Assembly: GCA_965223415.1 (NCBI GenBank)
Contig: OZ245002.1
Span: forward strand, 3,904,001-3,968,000
Direction: 5' to 3'
Source: Myxococcota bacterium
GTDB lineage: Bacteria > Myxococcota_A > UBA9160 > UBA6930
Length of the DNA stretch: 64,000 nucleotides
In this document: piece by piece, positions 12,149 through 22,604 of the stretch
Numbering within the stretch: position 1 is the stretch's first letter
Layout: each line of letters opens with the position of its first letter
Position numbers and translations under genes: made by a program
Notes under the pieces: generated by a model
What the model was told of the DNA's origin: nothing
The model's database searches: none
The model's input: the letters and a program-made list of their open reading frames with translations, nothing else

Positions 12149-13093
12149 GTGACCCGGGTCCTCGTCATCGGTGCCGGAGCGGCCGGGCTGGCCGGCGCCC
12201 GCCGGCTCCAGGCCCTCGGCTGCGACGTCGAGGTGATCGAGGCCTCGGGCCGGGTCGGAGGCCATCTCACCGAGCTGCCCCTGTGCGTGCTGGACGCTGA
12301 GGCCCAGGAGGCCCTCGCCGTGCTCGGCGTGCGGGAGCTTCCGTCTGTCGGCGCGAGCGAGATCGCGGAGGCCGGTGCTCCGTCCGAGCCGGTTCGCACC
12401 ACCGGAGGGTGGCGAGCTCTCGCCCGTCGGTGGCTGGCAGGGCTCCGCCCGCGCATCGCCGCGCCGCCTCCTCCCCGGGCTCCCGCCCTGATCCCCGGGG
12501 CGGCCCTCGCCCACGCCCTGGCTCCGGACGTGCCCGTCCGCTTCGGGTGGGAGGTGCTCGACGTGAAGGGCTCGGCCGTGGCCGCGACGGTCCAGTACGT
12601 CGCGCCCAGCGGAGAGCGCAGTCAGGACGCCGACGCGGCCCTGGTGACGCTGCCTGCCGAGCCGGGGACCGGCGTCGAACGTCGTCTGGCGATCTTCTTC
12701 ACGGCGGGCTGCGACGGGGGCGCCGCCGCGGCGGCTGCGACCCACGGGGCCGTACCGCCGGGAAGCGAGGCGGCCCACGTGTGGATCCTCCGGGACGGGG
12801 ACCACGGGGTCGTGCGCATCGACCTGACCCCGGAGGCCTCCCGGGCGCTCTGGGATGCGGACGACGAAGAGCTGGCGACCTCCGTGTGGGACCTGCTGCC
12901 CGCCGACCTGCGGCTCGCCGAGGCGCGCCCCCAGGTGCACCGGTTCTGCGTGCCCGTGGCGGCCCCGGTCGACGCCGGCGACCTCCGGGTCGCCCGCGTG
13001 CCCGCGGCCGGCGACCTCGGCGCCACCCTCCGCGCGGCGGTCGCCACCGCCGAGGAGCTGGTCCAGCGGATCCATGGCAGCATGGCGCCATGA
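12149..13093 (+). CDS. FAD-dependent oxidoreductase (divergent)
   Basis: N-terminal VLVIGAGAAGL...EASGRVGG dinucleotide-binding motif; the rest is not recognisable. Confidence 0.6.
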   Translation: MTRVLVIGAGAAGLAGARRLQALGCDVEVIEASGRVGGHLTELPLCVLDAEAQEALAVLGVRELPSVGASEIAEAGAPSEPVRTTGGWRALARRWLAGLRPRIAAPPPPRAPALIPGAALAHALAPDVPVRFGWEVLDVKGSAVAATVQYVAPSGERSQDADAALVTLPAEPGTGVERRLAIFFTAGCDGGAAAAAATHGAVPPGSEAAHVWILRDGDHGVVRIDLTPEASRALWDADDEELATSVWDLLPADLRLAEARPQVHRFCVPVAAPVDAGDLRVARVPAAGDLGATLRAAVATAEELVQRIHGSMAP

Positions 13094-13890
13094 CCACGCC
13101 GAACTCCTGGAACGACGACACCGAGTACGATTTCGGGGCCCTGGTCGGCGCCCTGAACCGCTACTTGCGGCTCCGCACCACCCCCGTGGGCATGAAGCGC
13201 TTCCGCGACGCGGCCGAGCTCGAGGGCATCCACCGGCTGCGTCGCCCGCCCGAGGGAGAGAAGCTCGCCACCGACCAGATCGTCGGGCAGTCCCGCTGGC
13301 TCGGCTACACGATCGGCATCACGATGGAGAATCTGGTCGGCGCCCAGTGCGGGGCCGTCGTCGGGCTGCACCCCCGGGACGAGGGCTTCCTGAGCGGCCA
13401 CATGTTCAACGGCGTGTGGTACGGCGATCTCGAGAGCAGCGCCCGGCACCAGGAGGAGATGTCCTGCGCACCGTTCGGCGAGTACGAGGCCCTGGTCACC
13501 TCGCCGCTCACCTCCGGCCGCATCGACAACCCGGACATCTGCCTGGTCTACGGCACGCCCGGGCAGATGATCACCCTGATGAACGGCCTCCAGTACCGGA
13601 ACTACCGCAAGTACACCTTCACCTGCGTCGGCGAGAGCGCCTGCGCCGATTCCTGGGGCCGCGCGCTCCAGAACGGCGAGCCCTCCCTGTCGATTCCCTG
13701 CTACGCGGAGCGCAAGTTCGGCGGAGTCCAGGACGACGAGATGCTGATCGCGCTGGCGCCGCGTCACCTGCCCGGCATCGTGGACGGCCTCGCGTCCTTG
13801 AGCAAGAGCGGGCTCCGCTACCCGATCCCGAACCACGGGCTCGACAAGTCCCCGATCGCGAGCCTCGCCCAGAGCTACGGCGAACGTTAG
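13090..13890 (+). CDS. DUF169-like protein
   Basis: RLRTTPVGMK, PDICLVYGTPGQM, GESACADS and SIPCYAERKFG. Confidence 0.7.
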   Translation: MTTPNSWNDDTEYDFGALVGALNRYLRLRTTPVGMKRFRDAAELEGIHRLRRPPEGEKLATDQIVGQSRWLGYTIGITMENLVGAQCGAVVGLHPRDEGFLSGHMFNGVWYGDLESSARHQEEMSCAPFGEYEALVTSPLTSGRIDNPDICLVYGTPGQMITLMNGLQYRNYRKYTFTCVGESACADSWGRALQNGEPSLSIPCYAERKFGGVQDDEMLIALAPRHLPGIVDGLASLSKSGLRYPIPNHGLDKSPIASLAQSYGER

Positions 13891-13892
13891 GC

Positions 13893-15062
13893 GTGGCCCC
13901 GGACCTCGACGTCTCGATCGAGGAGCTCCGTCGCCGGCGGGGCGGCAAGTGGACCGCCTTTCCGCCCGACGTCCTCCCGGCCTGGGTGGCGGACATGGAC
14001 TTCCCCATCGCCGAGCCGATTCGGGAGGCGGTACTCGGCGTGCTCGAACGGAACGACGCCGGATACCCCGGGGAAGACTCGCACCGGGCCCTCGGCGCCG
14101 CCTTCGCGGCGCGCATGCAGGAGCGCTTCGGCTGGGCCCCCGATCCGCCCAAGGCCCTCCCCGTCGGCGATCTGATCCAGGCCATGATCGCGAGCGTGGC
14201 CAGCCTGACGGCGCCGGGCGAGGGCGTTCTGATCCAGACGCCCATCTACTATCCCTTCCTCCAGATCGTGGAGCTGCTGGGACGGCGCCTCGTCGAGAAT
14301 CCCCTGGTCGAGACCGGCGACCGCTACGAGATGGACCTGGACGGTCTGGACCGGGCGATCGACGAGGGGACGCGACTCGTCCTCTTCTGCAATCCCCACA
14401 ACCCGACCGGCCGCGTGTTCGAACGCCGCGAGCTCGAGGGCCTGGCCGAGCGGGTCCTGCGTCATGACCTCGTCGTCGTGTCCGACGAGGTGCACTCGGA
14501 CCTCGTCTACCCGGGTGCGACCCACGTCCCCTTCGCGTCCCTCGGGCCGGAGATCGCCTCCCGCACGATCACGCTGAACGCCGCCACCAAGGCCTTCAAC
14601 ATCGCCGGTCTGAAGTGCGCCCTGATCCACTTCGGCTCCAAGGCGCTCCGGGATCGCCTGGTCTCCGCCTTCCACCCGCGCCTGCTGGGCAGCCCCAACG
14701 TCTTCGGCATCGAGGCCACCCTCGCGGCCTGGCGCGACGGGGAGGTGTGGCTCACGGCAGCCGTCCGGCAGCTCGACGCGAACCGCGACACGCTCGCGCG
14801 CTTCCTCCGCGACCGGCTTCCGGAGGTGGGGTTCCATCCGCCGGAGGCGAGCTTCCTGGCGTGGATGGACTGTGGTGGGCTGGAGCTGCCCTCGCGGCCG
14901 TACGAGTTCTTCCTGTCCGAGGCGCGGGTGGCATTGAGCGACGGCGCGGTGTTCAGCTCTCGGAGTGACGGGTTCGTGCGGTTGAACTTCGCGACGGCGG
15001 CGGGGGTTCTGGGAGAGGTGCTCGAGCGGATGGAAGCGGCGGTGCGGGGGGCGGCGGCGTAG
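13893..15062 (+). CDS. PatB/MalY-family PLP-dependent C-S lyase
   Basis: WVADMDF, CNPHNPTG, SDEVHSDL, TKAFNIAGL and VRLNFAT. Confidence 0.9.
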   Translation: MAPDLDVSIEELRRRRGGKWTAFPPDVLPAWVADMDFPIAEPIREAVLGVLERNDAGYPGEDSHRALGAAFAARMQERFGWAPDPPKALPVGDLIQAMIASVASLTAPGEGVLIQTPIYYPFLQIVELLGRRLVENPLVETGDRYEMDLDGLDRAIDEGTRLVLFCNPHNPTGRVFERRELEGLAERVLRHDLVVVSDEVHSDLVYPGATHVPFASLGPEIASRTITLNAATKAFNIAGLKCALIHFGSKALRDRLVSAFHPRLLGSPNVFGIEATLAAWRDGEVWLTAAVRQLDANRDTLARFLRDRLPEVGFHPPEASFLAWMDCGGLELPSRPYEFFLSEARVALSDGAVFSSRSDGFVRLNFATAAGVLGEVLERMEAAVRGAAA

Positions 15063-15193
15063 CCCGGTCGTGGCGGCGTGACTCTCGGGGTTGGGGTTGG
15101 TTGGGATCGGGCGCGTTCGGGTGGTTTCGCGGCTTCCTTCTCTCCTGCGGAACACCGGGGCGTCCCGGCCAGCTGGGAACGGGCCGGACGACG

Positions 15194-16714
15194 CTACCGA
15201 CTCCCGCCCAGCTCCTCCCGCAGCTCGTGCTTCAGGATCTTCATCGTCGCGTTCCGAGGCAGGGCGTCCCGCAGCTCGAGCTGCTCCGGGATCTTCTGCG
15301 TCATGAGGCCCGCCGCACGGCAGTGTTCCACCATCTCGTCGAACTCCAGGGGTGACGCTCCCGGCGCGGTCTCGACCACGGCGCAGACGCGTTCTCCCCG
15401 AGTGGGGTCCGGCAATCCGATCACGGCGACGGCACCGACCTTCGGGTGGGTGTAGAGGACGTCTTCCACCTCCTGGGCGGAGACGTTCTCGCCCTTGCGG
15501 ATGATGACGTCCTTGAGGCGCCCGGTGAGGACGACGTGGCCGTCCGCTCGGAGCAGACCGAGGTCCCCTGTGCGGAAGCGGCCCACGTCGTCGAAGGCAT
15601 CGCGGTCCAGCGCGGGGTCGGTGTAGCCGTGGAAGAGCATCGGGCCGGCGACCCGTACCTCGCCCGGCTCGCCGGGGCCCGCGTCCCGGCCGTCCGGTCG
15701 GACGATCGAGACGCGCAGCCCTTCCACCGGCGCGCCTTCGCTGTGGGCGAGCTGGTCGTCGCTGTCGGTCGGGCGGCCCTGGCTGATCATCGGGCATTCG
15801 GTCATGCCGTAGCCGTGGGCGATGGGGATGTGGAGCTCGCGTTTGACTTCGAAGTAGAGCTCGGCCGGCATCGGGGCGCCGCCGCCGGCGAGGGCGCGGA
15901 GGGTGGGGAAGGCGGGCTCGTCGGGGCTGCGGCGTTGGTGCTCGAGCAGCATGGCGTAGAAGGCGGTGGAGCCGCCGGCCAGGGTCACACCGTGGCGTCG
16001 GAAGAGCCGCGCTGCTCCGTCGGGGGCGAAGCGCTCCATCAGGAGTGCACCGAAGCCGGCCTCCAGCATGGCGATGACGTAGTCGGGCCCACCGATGTGG
16101 GCGTAGGGGAAGGCGATCGAGCCCAGGTCGTCTTCGCCGGTGCCGAGGGCGGCGGCGAGGCCGCGGCCGGCGGCGAGGAGCGACGCGTCGGTGTGGAGGA
16201 CGCCCTTCGGGTCGGAGGTGGTGCCGGAGGTCGTGTAGATCCAGCGCACGTCGTCGGCGGAGGTGGGAGGGGCGGGAAGGCCCGCCGGGTCGCCCTCCGG
16301 CAGCGCGTCGTAGGCGACGAGGACCTCCGGCGGCTCCGGCAGGCCGCGAGCGACGCTGCGTGCCATGGCCGCGTAGTCGAAGCCGTTCCAGACCCCCGGC
16401 GTGAGCACGAGGTGCGGCCGGGTCTGGCGCAGGCAGAAGCCCACCTCCCGCTCCCGGTAGAGGTGGATGATCGGGTTCTGGACGGCGCCGAGCCGGCACA
16501 GGGCGAAGGAGGCGACCAGGGTCTCGATGCGCGTGGGGAGCTGCCAGGTCACCGGCGTGTCGGCAGCGACGCCGAGCGCCGCCAGGCCCGCCGCCACGCG
16601 CTCCGCCCGGTCCCGGAACGCGCGAAAGCTCGTCCGCCGGTCCTCGGCGTCGATCAGCATCGTGCGGTCGGGGCTCCGGGCGACCCGCCACTCGAGCAGC
16701 TCCCAGAGGGTCAT
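15194..16714 (-). CDS. AMP-binding acyl-CoA synthetase
   Basis: YTTSGTTSDPKG, GYGMTE, FRTGDLG and GRLKDVIIRKGEN. Confidence 0.9.
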   Translation of the reverse strand: MTLWELLEWRVARSPDRTMLIDAEDRRTSFRAFRDRAERVAAGLAALGVAADTPVTWQLPTRIETLVASFALCRLGAVQNPIIHLYREREVGFCLRQTRPHLVLTPGVWNGFDYAAMARSVARGLPEPPEVLVAYDALPEGDPAGLPAPPTSADDVRWIYTTSGTTSDPKGVLHTDASLLAAGRGLAAALGTGEDDLGSIAFPYAHIGGPDYVIAMLEAGFGALLMERFAPDGAARLFRRHGVTLAGGSTAFYAMLLEHQRRSPDEPAFPTLRALAGGGAPMPAELYFEVKRELHIPIAHGYGMTECPMISQGRPTDSDDQLAHSEGAPVEGLRVSIVRPDGRDAGPGEPGEVRVAGPMLFHGYTDPALDRDAFDDVGRFRTGDLGLLRADGHVVLTGRLKDVIIRKGENVSAQEVEDVLYTHPKVGAVAVIGLPDPTRGERVCAVVETAPGASPLEFDEMVEHCRAAGLMTQKIPEQLELRDALPRNATMKILKHELREELGGSR

Positions 16715-16730
16715 CGGCCCGCCCGCCGAC

Positions 16731-17588
16731 TCAGTCGAGCTTCAGGACCTTGCGGGCGTTGTCGCGCAGGAACTTCGGCCACACGTGGTCGCGGAAGGGC
16801 ACCTCGGGCATGTCGGTCATGATGCGCTCGAGGGAGAGCCCCATCGGGAAGTAGCCGGCGTAGATGATCTTGTCGGCGCCCCGGGTGTTCGCGTACTTCA
16901 CGATCTCCTCCGGGTAGTACCGGGGCGCGAAGGCCGAGGTGGAGTAGTAGAGGTTCGGCCACTTCAGCATCAGCTTCATGGCCAGCTTCTCCCACGGCTC
17001 GCAGCCGTGGCGGGTCACGAAGACCAGCTCCGGGAAGTCGTACATGACCTGGTCGACGTGCTCGACCTTCTGGGGCCACATCGGGAAGCGCGGTCCCGGC
17101 ACGCCGACGCAGGAGAAGATCGGCACGTCCAGCTCCACGCACTTCGCGTAGATCGGATACATCTTCGCGTCGTTGATGGCGACCTGCGGGTTGAAGCCTG
17201 CGTTGAAGGCGCCGAAGGAGGAGACGCCGAACTCCTCGTACTGCCGGACCATGTCGCGGATGCCTTCCATCCCGCGGTTCGGGTCCACGTTGCCCTGGCC
17301 GACGAAGCGGTCGGGGTGGTCCTTCAGGGCCTTGTTCGTCACCTCGCCGCCGACGCCGATCAGGCCGATCTCGACGCCGAAGCGGTCCATCTCGTGCAGG
17401 GTGATGGAGATCGGGTCCTTCGAGCCGTACAGCTCCTTCGGGACGTGCTTGAACATGTACTCGACCGGGAAGTCGAACTCCTTCGAGCCGTCCTTCAGCT
17501 GCTTGCGGATGAAGTCGTACTGCTCGAAGTCCTGCGCGGGAAAGCCGATCATGCAGTCGACGATGCCGATGTCGGCGGGCATGCCCAT
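16731..17588 (-). CDS. Amidohydrolase_2 family protein
   Basis: YPIYAKCVELDVPI, FPELVFVTRHG, NLYYSTSAF and NARKVL. Confidence 0.8.
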   Translation of the reverse strand: MGMPADIGIVDCMIGFPAQDFEQYDFIRKQLKDGSKEFDFPVEYMFKHVPKELYGSKDPISITLHEMDRFGVEIGLIGVGGEVTNKALKDHPDRFVGQGNVDPNRGMEGIRDMVRQYEEFGVSSFGAFNAGFNPQVAINDAKMYPIYAKCVELDVPIFSCVGVPGPRFPMWPQKVEHVDQVMYDFPELVFVTRHGCEPWEKLAMKLMLKWPNLYYSTSAFAPRYYPEEIVKYANTRGADKIIYAGYFPMGLSLERIMTDMPEVPFRDHVWPKFLRDNARKVLKLD

Positions 17589-17609
17589 GGGGGGTCCTTT
17601 CGTCGCGGC

Positions 17610-18851
17610 CTAGGAGGCCGCGGCCTGCTGCTCCGCGGCCTCGCGCAGCGCCGCCGTGAAGAGGTAGCAGTGCGAGTCCCGGGGAATCTGCTCCACCGGC
17701 AGGGGCGTGTCGATCTGCTCCGGCGTGGGCCCGTGCTGCCGGGCCAGGGGGCGCAGCTTGTCGAGGTCGAAGCCGTAGAGCTCCGCCGCGTTCTCGCCGA
17801 AGAGCCTGCGCCGCTGCTCCTCCGGGATGTCGGCGAAGGTCAGGCGCAGGGACTCGAGGTTGTGGGGGAAGGTGCCCTCGTAGTGCGGGTAGTCGTTGCC
17901 CCACAGGACCCGGTCCACGCCTACCTCTTCGATGCCTTGCAGCTCGACCTTGCTCGGGAAGCTCGCGCCGTACCAGCAGTTGCGCTTCGCGTAGAAGCTC
18001 GGCGGCTCGTCGAGGTGCCACTTCTGGTCGCCGTAGGTCAGCTCGCCGATGGCGCCGCGCTTCATGCCCATGTGGATGCGGTCCATGTGGGCGAGCATCT
18101 CCGGCGCCCAGGAGCAGCCGCTCTCGGTGAGGATGTACCGCAGCTTCGGGAAGCGCTGGAAGACGCCGCTCATGATCAGGTGCCGGTAGCCTCGGCGGCA
18201 GTAGAAGGCGACCTCCGAGACCCACAGGGCCTCGGCGACGAGCCCTTCTCCGTAGTCCGGCGATCCCTGCCCCGAGTGCTGGTTGATCACCAGGTCGTGG
18301 TCCTGGATCGCGGCGTACACCCTGTCCCAGTCCGGGTGGTGAAGGGGCTTCAGCCAGGTGCAATCCTCGGGGATCAGCGGAAGCAGCACGCCGCCTCGCA
18401 GGCCCGACTTGCCGATGAACTCGATGTCCTTCACCGCTTCGTCCAGGTCGTTCGGCAGGATGATGCCGATGCCCGCGCGGCGGTCCGGATCCTCGGCGCA
18501 GAAATCCACGAGCCAGCGGTTGTGGGCGCGGGCGCCGGCCAGGCACAGCTCGTAGTCCCCGGGCCGCGGCGGCTGGGTGGTGACGATGCTCTTCCGGTAG
18601 AAGGGTGGCACCGTGTTCGGGTAGACGACCTCGCCCACCACGCCCTGGCTGTTCTGGTCGGCGATGCGGATCTCGAGATCCCAGTTGCGCTTCTTCTTTC
18701 GCCCGTAGTGCTCCTCGGACGGGTTGCGGTAGCCGCCCCGCCACTCGTCGAAGGCCTCCCGGTACTTCGGGTCGAGGTACTCGCGGTACTGGGAGTGGCT
18801 CCCCCCTGCGTGGGTGTCGGCGGTGATGAGGACGTAGGGGTCGTTGCTCAT
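17610..18851 (-). CDS. Amidohydrolase_2 family protein
   Basis: ADTHAG, HNRWLVDFC, LTESG, WGNDYPHYEGTFP and GENAAELY. Confidence 0.85.
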   Translation of the reverse strand: MSNDPYVLITADTHAGGSHSQYREYLDPKYREAFDEWRGGYRNPSEEHYGRKKKRNWDLEIRIADQNSQGVVGEVVYPNTVPPFYRKSIVTTQPPRPGDYELCLAGARAHNRWLVDFCAEDPDRRAGIGIILPNDLDEAVKDIEFIGKSGLRGGVLLPLIPEDCTWLKPLHHPDWDRVYAAIQDHDLVINQHSGQGSPDYGEGLVAEALWVSEVAFYCRRGYRHLIMSGVFQRFPKLRYILTESGCSWAPEMLAHMDRIHMGMKRGAIGELTYGDQKWHLDEPPSFYAKRNCWYGASFPSKVELQGIEEVGVDRVLWGNDYPHYEGTFPHNLESLRLTFADIPEEQRRRLFGENAAELYGFDLDKLRPLARQHGPTPEQIDTPLPVEQIPRDSHCYLFTAALREAAEQQAAAS

Positions 18852-18861
18852 GGCAATAGAA

Positions 18862-18910
18862 TGAACGATTTCGCCAAAGAATTCAATGAAAATCTTACGA
18901 GATCGGTTCA
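18862..18910. promoter_or_regulatory. Tandem double TGAA-N16-TTCA operator overlapping a promoter
   Basis: Boxes at 18862-18885 and 18887-18910; same architecture at 58194-58242. Confidence 0.7.
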
Positions 18911-20721
18911 GCCAATGCCTCGGCCTCGTCCACCATCTCCCCCAGCAGCGCCAGGCCGCCTTGCCAGAAGGCCGGGTCCGTGATGTCCAGGCCGACCCGG
19001 GCCAGCAGCTCCGGCGGGCTGGCGGAGCCGCCGGCCCGCAGCAGCTCGAGGTAGCGGGGCACGAAGGCCTCGCCCTGCTCGTCGTAGCAGCGGATCAAGG
19101 CCAGAACGAGGAGCTCGCCGAAGGCGTAGGCGTAGCAGTAGAAGGGCGAGTGGACGAAGTGGGGGATGTAGAGCCACCACCAGGCGTAGTCGTCGGTCAG
19201 CTCCACCGCATCGCCCAGCATCGGGCGGTTCGCCTCCATCCAGAGCTCGTTCACCCGCGGGATCGCGAGCTCGCCCTCCGCCCGCCGCGCCGCGTGCAGC
19301 GTCTCCTCGAAGCGCGTCATCGCCACCTGGCGGAAGACCGTGGCGAAGGCGTCCTCGAGCTTCCCGCACAGCAGCGCCAGCCGGACCTTCGGGTCCTTTT
19401 CCTCCTTGAGCAGGCGGCGGAACACGAGCATCTCGCCGAACACGCTGGCGGTCTCGGCGGTGGTCAGCGGCGTGTCCTGCTCGAAGAGCCCCTGCTCCCG
19501 GGCCAGGTACTGATGGACGCCGTGCCCGAGCTCGTGGGCGGTGGTCATCACGTCGCGCAGGTTGCCGGTGTAGTTGAGCAGGACGTAGGGGTGCACCGAG
19601 GGCACGGTCGAGGCCGAGAAGGCGCCGCCGCGCTTGCCCTCCCGCAGCTCCGCGTCGATCCAGCCCTCGTCGAAGAAGCGCCGGGCGATCTCCGCCATCT
19701 CCGGAGAGAAGTCGCGGTAGGCGTCGAGCACGATGCGGCGGGCCTCGTCGAAGCTGCGCTCGCCCTGAGGCTCGCCGACCGGCGCATAACGGTCGTAGTC
19801 GAAGAGCGGCTCGATGCCGAGGAGCCGCCCCTTCAGCCGGTAGTAGCGCTGGACCAACGGGTAGCCGGTCTGGCAGGCGTCGAGGAGCGCGCGCACCCCG
19901 GGCCCGTCGATCTCGTTGGCCAGGTTGCGCGCCTGCATCGGGTCCGTGTAGCGGCGCAGCCGGTCCTGGGTCGCCTTGTCCTGGACCAACGTGTTGAAGA
20001 TGAAGGCCAGCACCCGCGCGTGCTCCTTCAGGCCCTCGGTCAGGCCGCGGGCCGCGGCCCGCCGCTCGGCCCGGTTCGGGGCGTACAGCAGCGAGAGCAC
20101 CTGCTCCTCCGAGAGCTCCCGGGTCTCTCCGTCCAGCTCCACCTCGAAGCGGGCCGCGCCGAGGATCTCGTCGAAGAGCCGGGAGAAGGCGCGCTCGCCC
20201 GTGTTCGCCGTCTCCTCGAGGATGCGCTCCTCGGGCTCCGAGAGGACGTGGGGGCGGTAGCGGCGCAGGCTCTCGAGCAGGTGGCGGCGGTCGGCCAGGG
20301 CTGGCTCCGCCAGCAGCCCGGCGACGCGCTCGTCGTCCGCGGCGACCCACTCGAGCTCGAAGAACAGCAGGTGCTGGCGGATCGCCGTGCCCTGCTCCTG
20401 CACGTGCTGGAGCAAGGCGCCGTGGGCCGGCGCCTGGGTATCCCCCGCGAACCGGAGGTGCGCGAAGGCGCCGGCGCGGCCCACCGGCTCCTGGAGGGCC
20501 TCGTAGGCCGAGACCGCATCGGCCAGCTCCGCGGCGCTGAGCTCGGCGAGGCGGCCGCGGTAGCGGGCTTCGAAGGCGCGGGCGGCTTCGAGGCTCCGCT
20601 CCAGGTCGGCCTCGAGGCCCTGGCGGGCGGGCTCGGGGTAGAGGTGTGAGAGGTCCCAGCGCACGCCGGCGGCGGGGCCCGTTCCGGGACCGGAAGTCGG
20701 GGTCGAGGTCGGCTCGGTCAT
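18895..20721 (-). CDS. M3B oligoendopeptidase F family
   Basis: GKRGGAFS, HELGHGVH, AETASVFGE and IPHFVHSPFYCYAYAFG. Confidence 0.92.
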   Translation of the reverse strand: MTEPTSTPTSGPGTGPAAGVRWDLSHLYPEPARQGLEADLERSLEAARAFEARYRGRLAELSAAELADAVSAYEALQEPVGRAGAFAHLRFAGDTQAPAHGALLQHVQEQGTAIRQHLLFFELEWVAADDERVAGLLAEPALADRRHLLESLRRYRPHVLSEPEERILEETANTGERAFSRLFDEILGAARFEVELDGETRELSEEQVLSLLYAPNRAERRAAARGLTEGLKEHARVLAFIFNTLVQDKATQDRLRRYTDPMQARNLANEIDGPGVRALLDACQTGYPLVQRYYRLKGRLLGIEPLFDYDRYAPVGEPQGERSFDEARRIVLDAYRDFSPEMAEIARRFFDEGWIDAELREGKRGGAFSASTVPSVHPYVLLNYTGNLRDVMTTAHELGHGVHQYLAREQGLFEQDTPLTTAETASVFGEMLVFRRLLKEEKDPKVRLALLCGKLEDAFATVFRQVAMTRFEETLHAARRAEGELAIPRVNELWMEANRPMLGDAVELTDDYAWWWLYIPHFVHSPFYCYAYAFGELLVLALIRCYDEQGEAFVPRYLELLRAGGSASPPELLARVGLDITDPAFWQGGLALLGEMVDEAEALAEPIS

Positions 20722-20747
20722 GGCCCGGGACGTTACCTTTCGGGATC

Positions 20748-22001
20748 GTGACCGCCGCCTCGCGCTTCCAGCGCACGATCCTGCACGCCGACATGGACGC
20801 CTTCTACGCGTCCATCGAGCAGCGGGACCACCCGGAGCTGCGGGGCAAGCCGGTGGTGGTCGGCGGCGCGGGCTCCCGCGGCGTGGTCTCCGCGGCGAGC
20901 TACGAGGCCAGGGAGTACGGCATCCACTCGGCCATGCCGAGCGCCCAGGCCCAGCAGCTCTGCCCCCACGCGATCTTCCTGCCCGGTCGGATGTCGGTCT
21001 ACAGTGCCGATTCGAAGCGCATCTTCGAGATCTTCCGGCGCTTCACGCCGGCGGTGGAGGGCCTCTCCCTCGACGAGGCCTTCCTCGACATGACCGGCAC
21101 CGAGCGGCTGCTCGGGCCGGTGGCCCGGGTGGGCGAGCGGCTGCGCAAGGAGGTGCGAGAGGAGACGGGTCTGGCCGTCTCGGTCGGAATCGCGCCGGTG
21201 AAGATGGTCGCCAAGATCGCCAGCGATTCGGCCAAGCCCGACGGCCTGCTGGAGATCCGGCCCGGCGAGGTCCAGGAGTTTCTCTACCCGCTGCCGGTCG
21301 GCCGCATCTGGGGCGTGGGCCCGGTCGCCCGGGAGCGGCTGGCGCGCATCGGCGTGGAGACGATCGGCGACCTGGCCCGGGCCGAGGGGAAACGGCTCGA
21401 GGAGGTGCTCGGGGACTGGGGCCTGCGGGTGGCGCGCCTGGCCCGGGGCGTGGACGTGCGCGAGGTCGAGGCCTACCGGGATGCCGTCTCCATGAGCGAG
21501 GAGAACACCTTCGGCCGTGACGTCTCCGACGTGCGCAAGCTCGAAGCCGCCATCCTCACCCACGCCGAGTCCGTGGCCCGGCGGCTGCGGCGAAGCGAGG
21601 CGAAGGCGCGCACCGTCGTGCTCAAGGTGAAGCTCGCTCGCCGGGTGGCGGCGGGTCCCCGCGGCTTCCCTCTCTTGACCCGGCGGGAGACGCTGCCGGA
21701 TCCCACGGACGACGGCGGCGAGATCGCCGACACCGCGAAGGCGCTCCTCGCCCGGACGGAGCTCGCCGAGCCCGTGCGCCTGGTCGGCGTCGGCGTGACG
21801 AACCTGATCTCGCGCCCGGAGCAGCTCTCGCTCTTCCGCAAGGGCAGCGGCCAGGAGAAGCGCGCGCGCCTCAATCGGGCCCTCGACCAGCTCACCGACC
21901 GCTTCGGCTCGAAGGCCGTGCGACGCGCCGGCCAGAGCGACGTCGAGCGCATGGCCCCGAGCCTCCAGATCAAGCGGGGGGAGGACGAGCCGGATCGCTA
22001 G
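20748..22001 (+). CDS. dinB: DNA polymerase IV
   Basis: HADMDAFYASIE, SYEAR, SLDEAFLD and AKIASDSAKPDG. Confidence 0.95.
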   Translation: MTAASRFQRTILHADMDAFYASIEQRDHPELRGKPVVVGGAGSRGVVSAASYEAREYGIHSAMPSAQAQQLCPHAIFLPGRMSVYSADSKRIFEIFRRFTPAVEGLSLDEAFLDMTGTERLLGPVARVGERLRKEVREETGLAVSVGIAPVKMVAKIASDSAKPDGLLEIRPGEVQEFLYPLPVGRIWGVGPVARERLARIGVETIGDLARAEGKRLEEVLGDWGLRVARLARGVDVREVEAYRDAVSMSEENTFGRDVSDVRKLEAAILTHAESVARRLRRSEAKARTVVLKVKLARRVAAGPRGFPLLTRRETLPDPTDDGGEIADTAKALLARTELAEPVRLVGVGVTNLISRPEQLSLFRKGSGQEKRARLNRALDQLTDRFGSKAVRRAGQSDVERMAPSLQIKRGEDEPDR

Positions 22002-22024
22002 GCGCAGGTCTCTCGACTCGGTCG

Positions 22025-22492
22025 TCAGGGCGCGGCGAGCGGCAGCGCCGTCGTGTACTTGATCTGGCGCAGGGCGAAGCTCGAGCTTGCCGAGTCGACG
22101 GCCGGGTGGTGCAGCAGGTGGCGGGTGAGGAAGCGGTCGTAGGCCGCGACGTCGCTCACCACCACCCGCAGCAGGTAGTCCCGGTCCCCGGTCATCGACC
22201 AGCACTCGACGATCTCCGGGTGCTCGGCGACGAAGCGCTCGAAGGCCGCGCGGCTCTCGTCGCGGTGCTCGGTGAGCGACACGCTGGCGATCACCGAGAC
22301 GCCGAGGCCGACCGCTTCCGGCGCGAGGAGCACCACCTGCCCCGCGATCACACCCGCCTCCTCCAGCGCGCGCACGCGCCGCCAGCAGGAGGTGGCCGAA
22401 ACGGCGACCTGCCGGGCCAGCTCCGCCTGGGAGACGCGCGCGTCCCGCTGCAGCCGGTCGAGGATCCGCAGGTCGATCTCATCGAGATCCAT
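22025..22492 (-). CDS. Lrp/AsnC transcriptional regulator
   Basis: LDEIDLRIL, CWRRVRALEEAGVI and MTGDRDYLL; divergent from phhA. Confidence 0.9.
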   Translation of the reverse strand: MDLDEIDLRILDRLQRDARVSQAELARQVAVSATSCWRRVRALEEAGVIAGQVVLLAPEAVGLGVSVIASVSLTEHRDESRAAFERFVAEHPEIVECWSMTGDRDYLLRVVVSDVAAYDRFLTRHLLHHPAVDSASSSFALRQIKYTTALPLAAP

Positions 22493-22604
22493 GATGGAGG
22501 AATCATCCAATAATTGAGTAAGAACCGCAAGAATCCTCCCAAACGGTGCAGTCCAGGGCCCAGAAAGAAGCGATCTGTCAACGATGAAGGGCGATTCTCC
22601 TTCC

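Noticed and set aside
15063..15193. G/T-rich tract as a G-quadruplex or sRNA
   Set aside because: Irregular G-runs are common at this GC content; no supporting structure.
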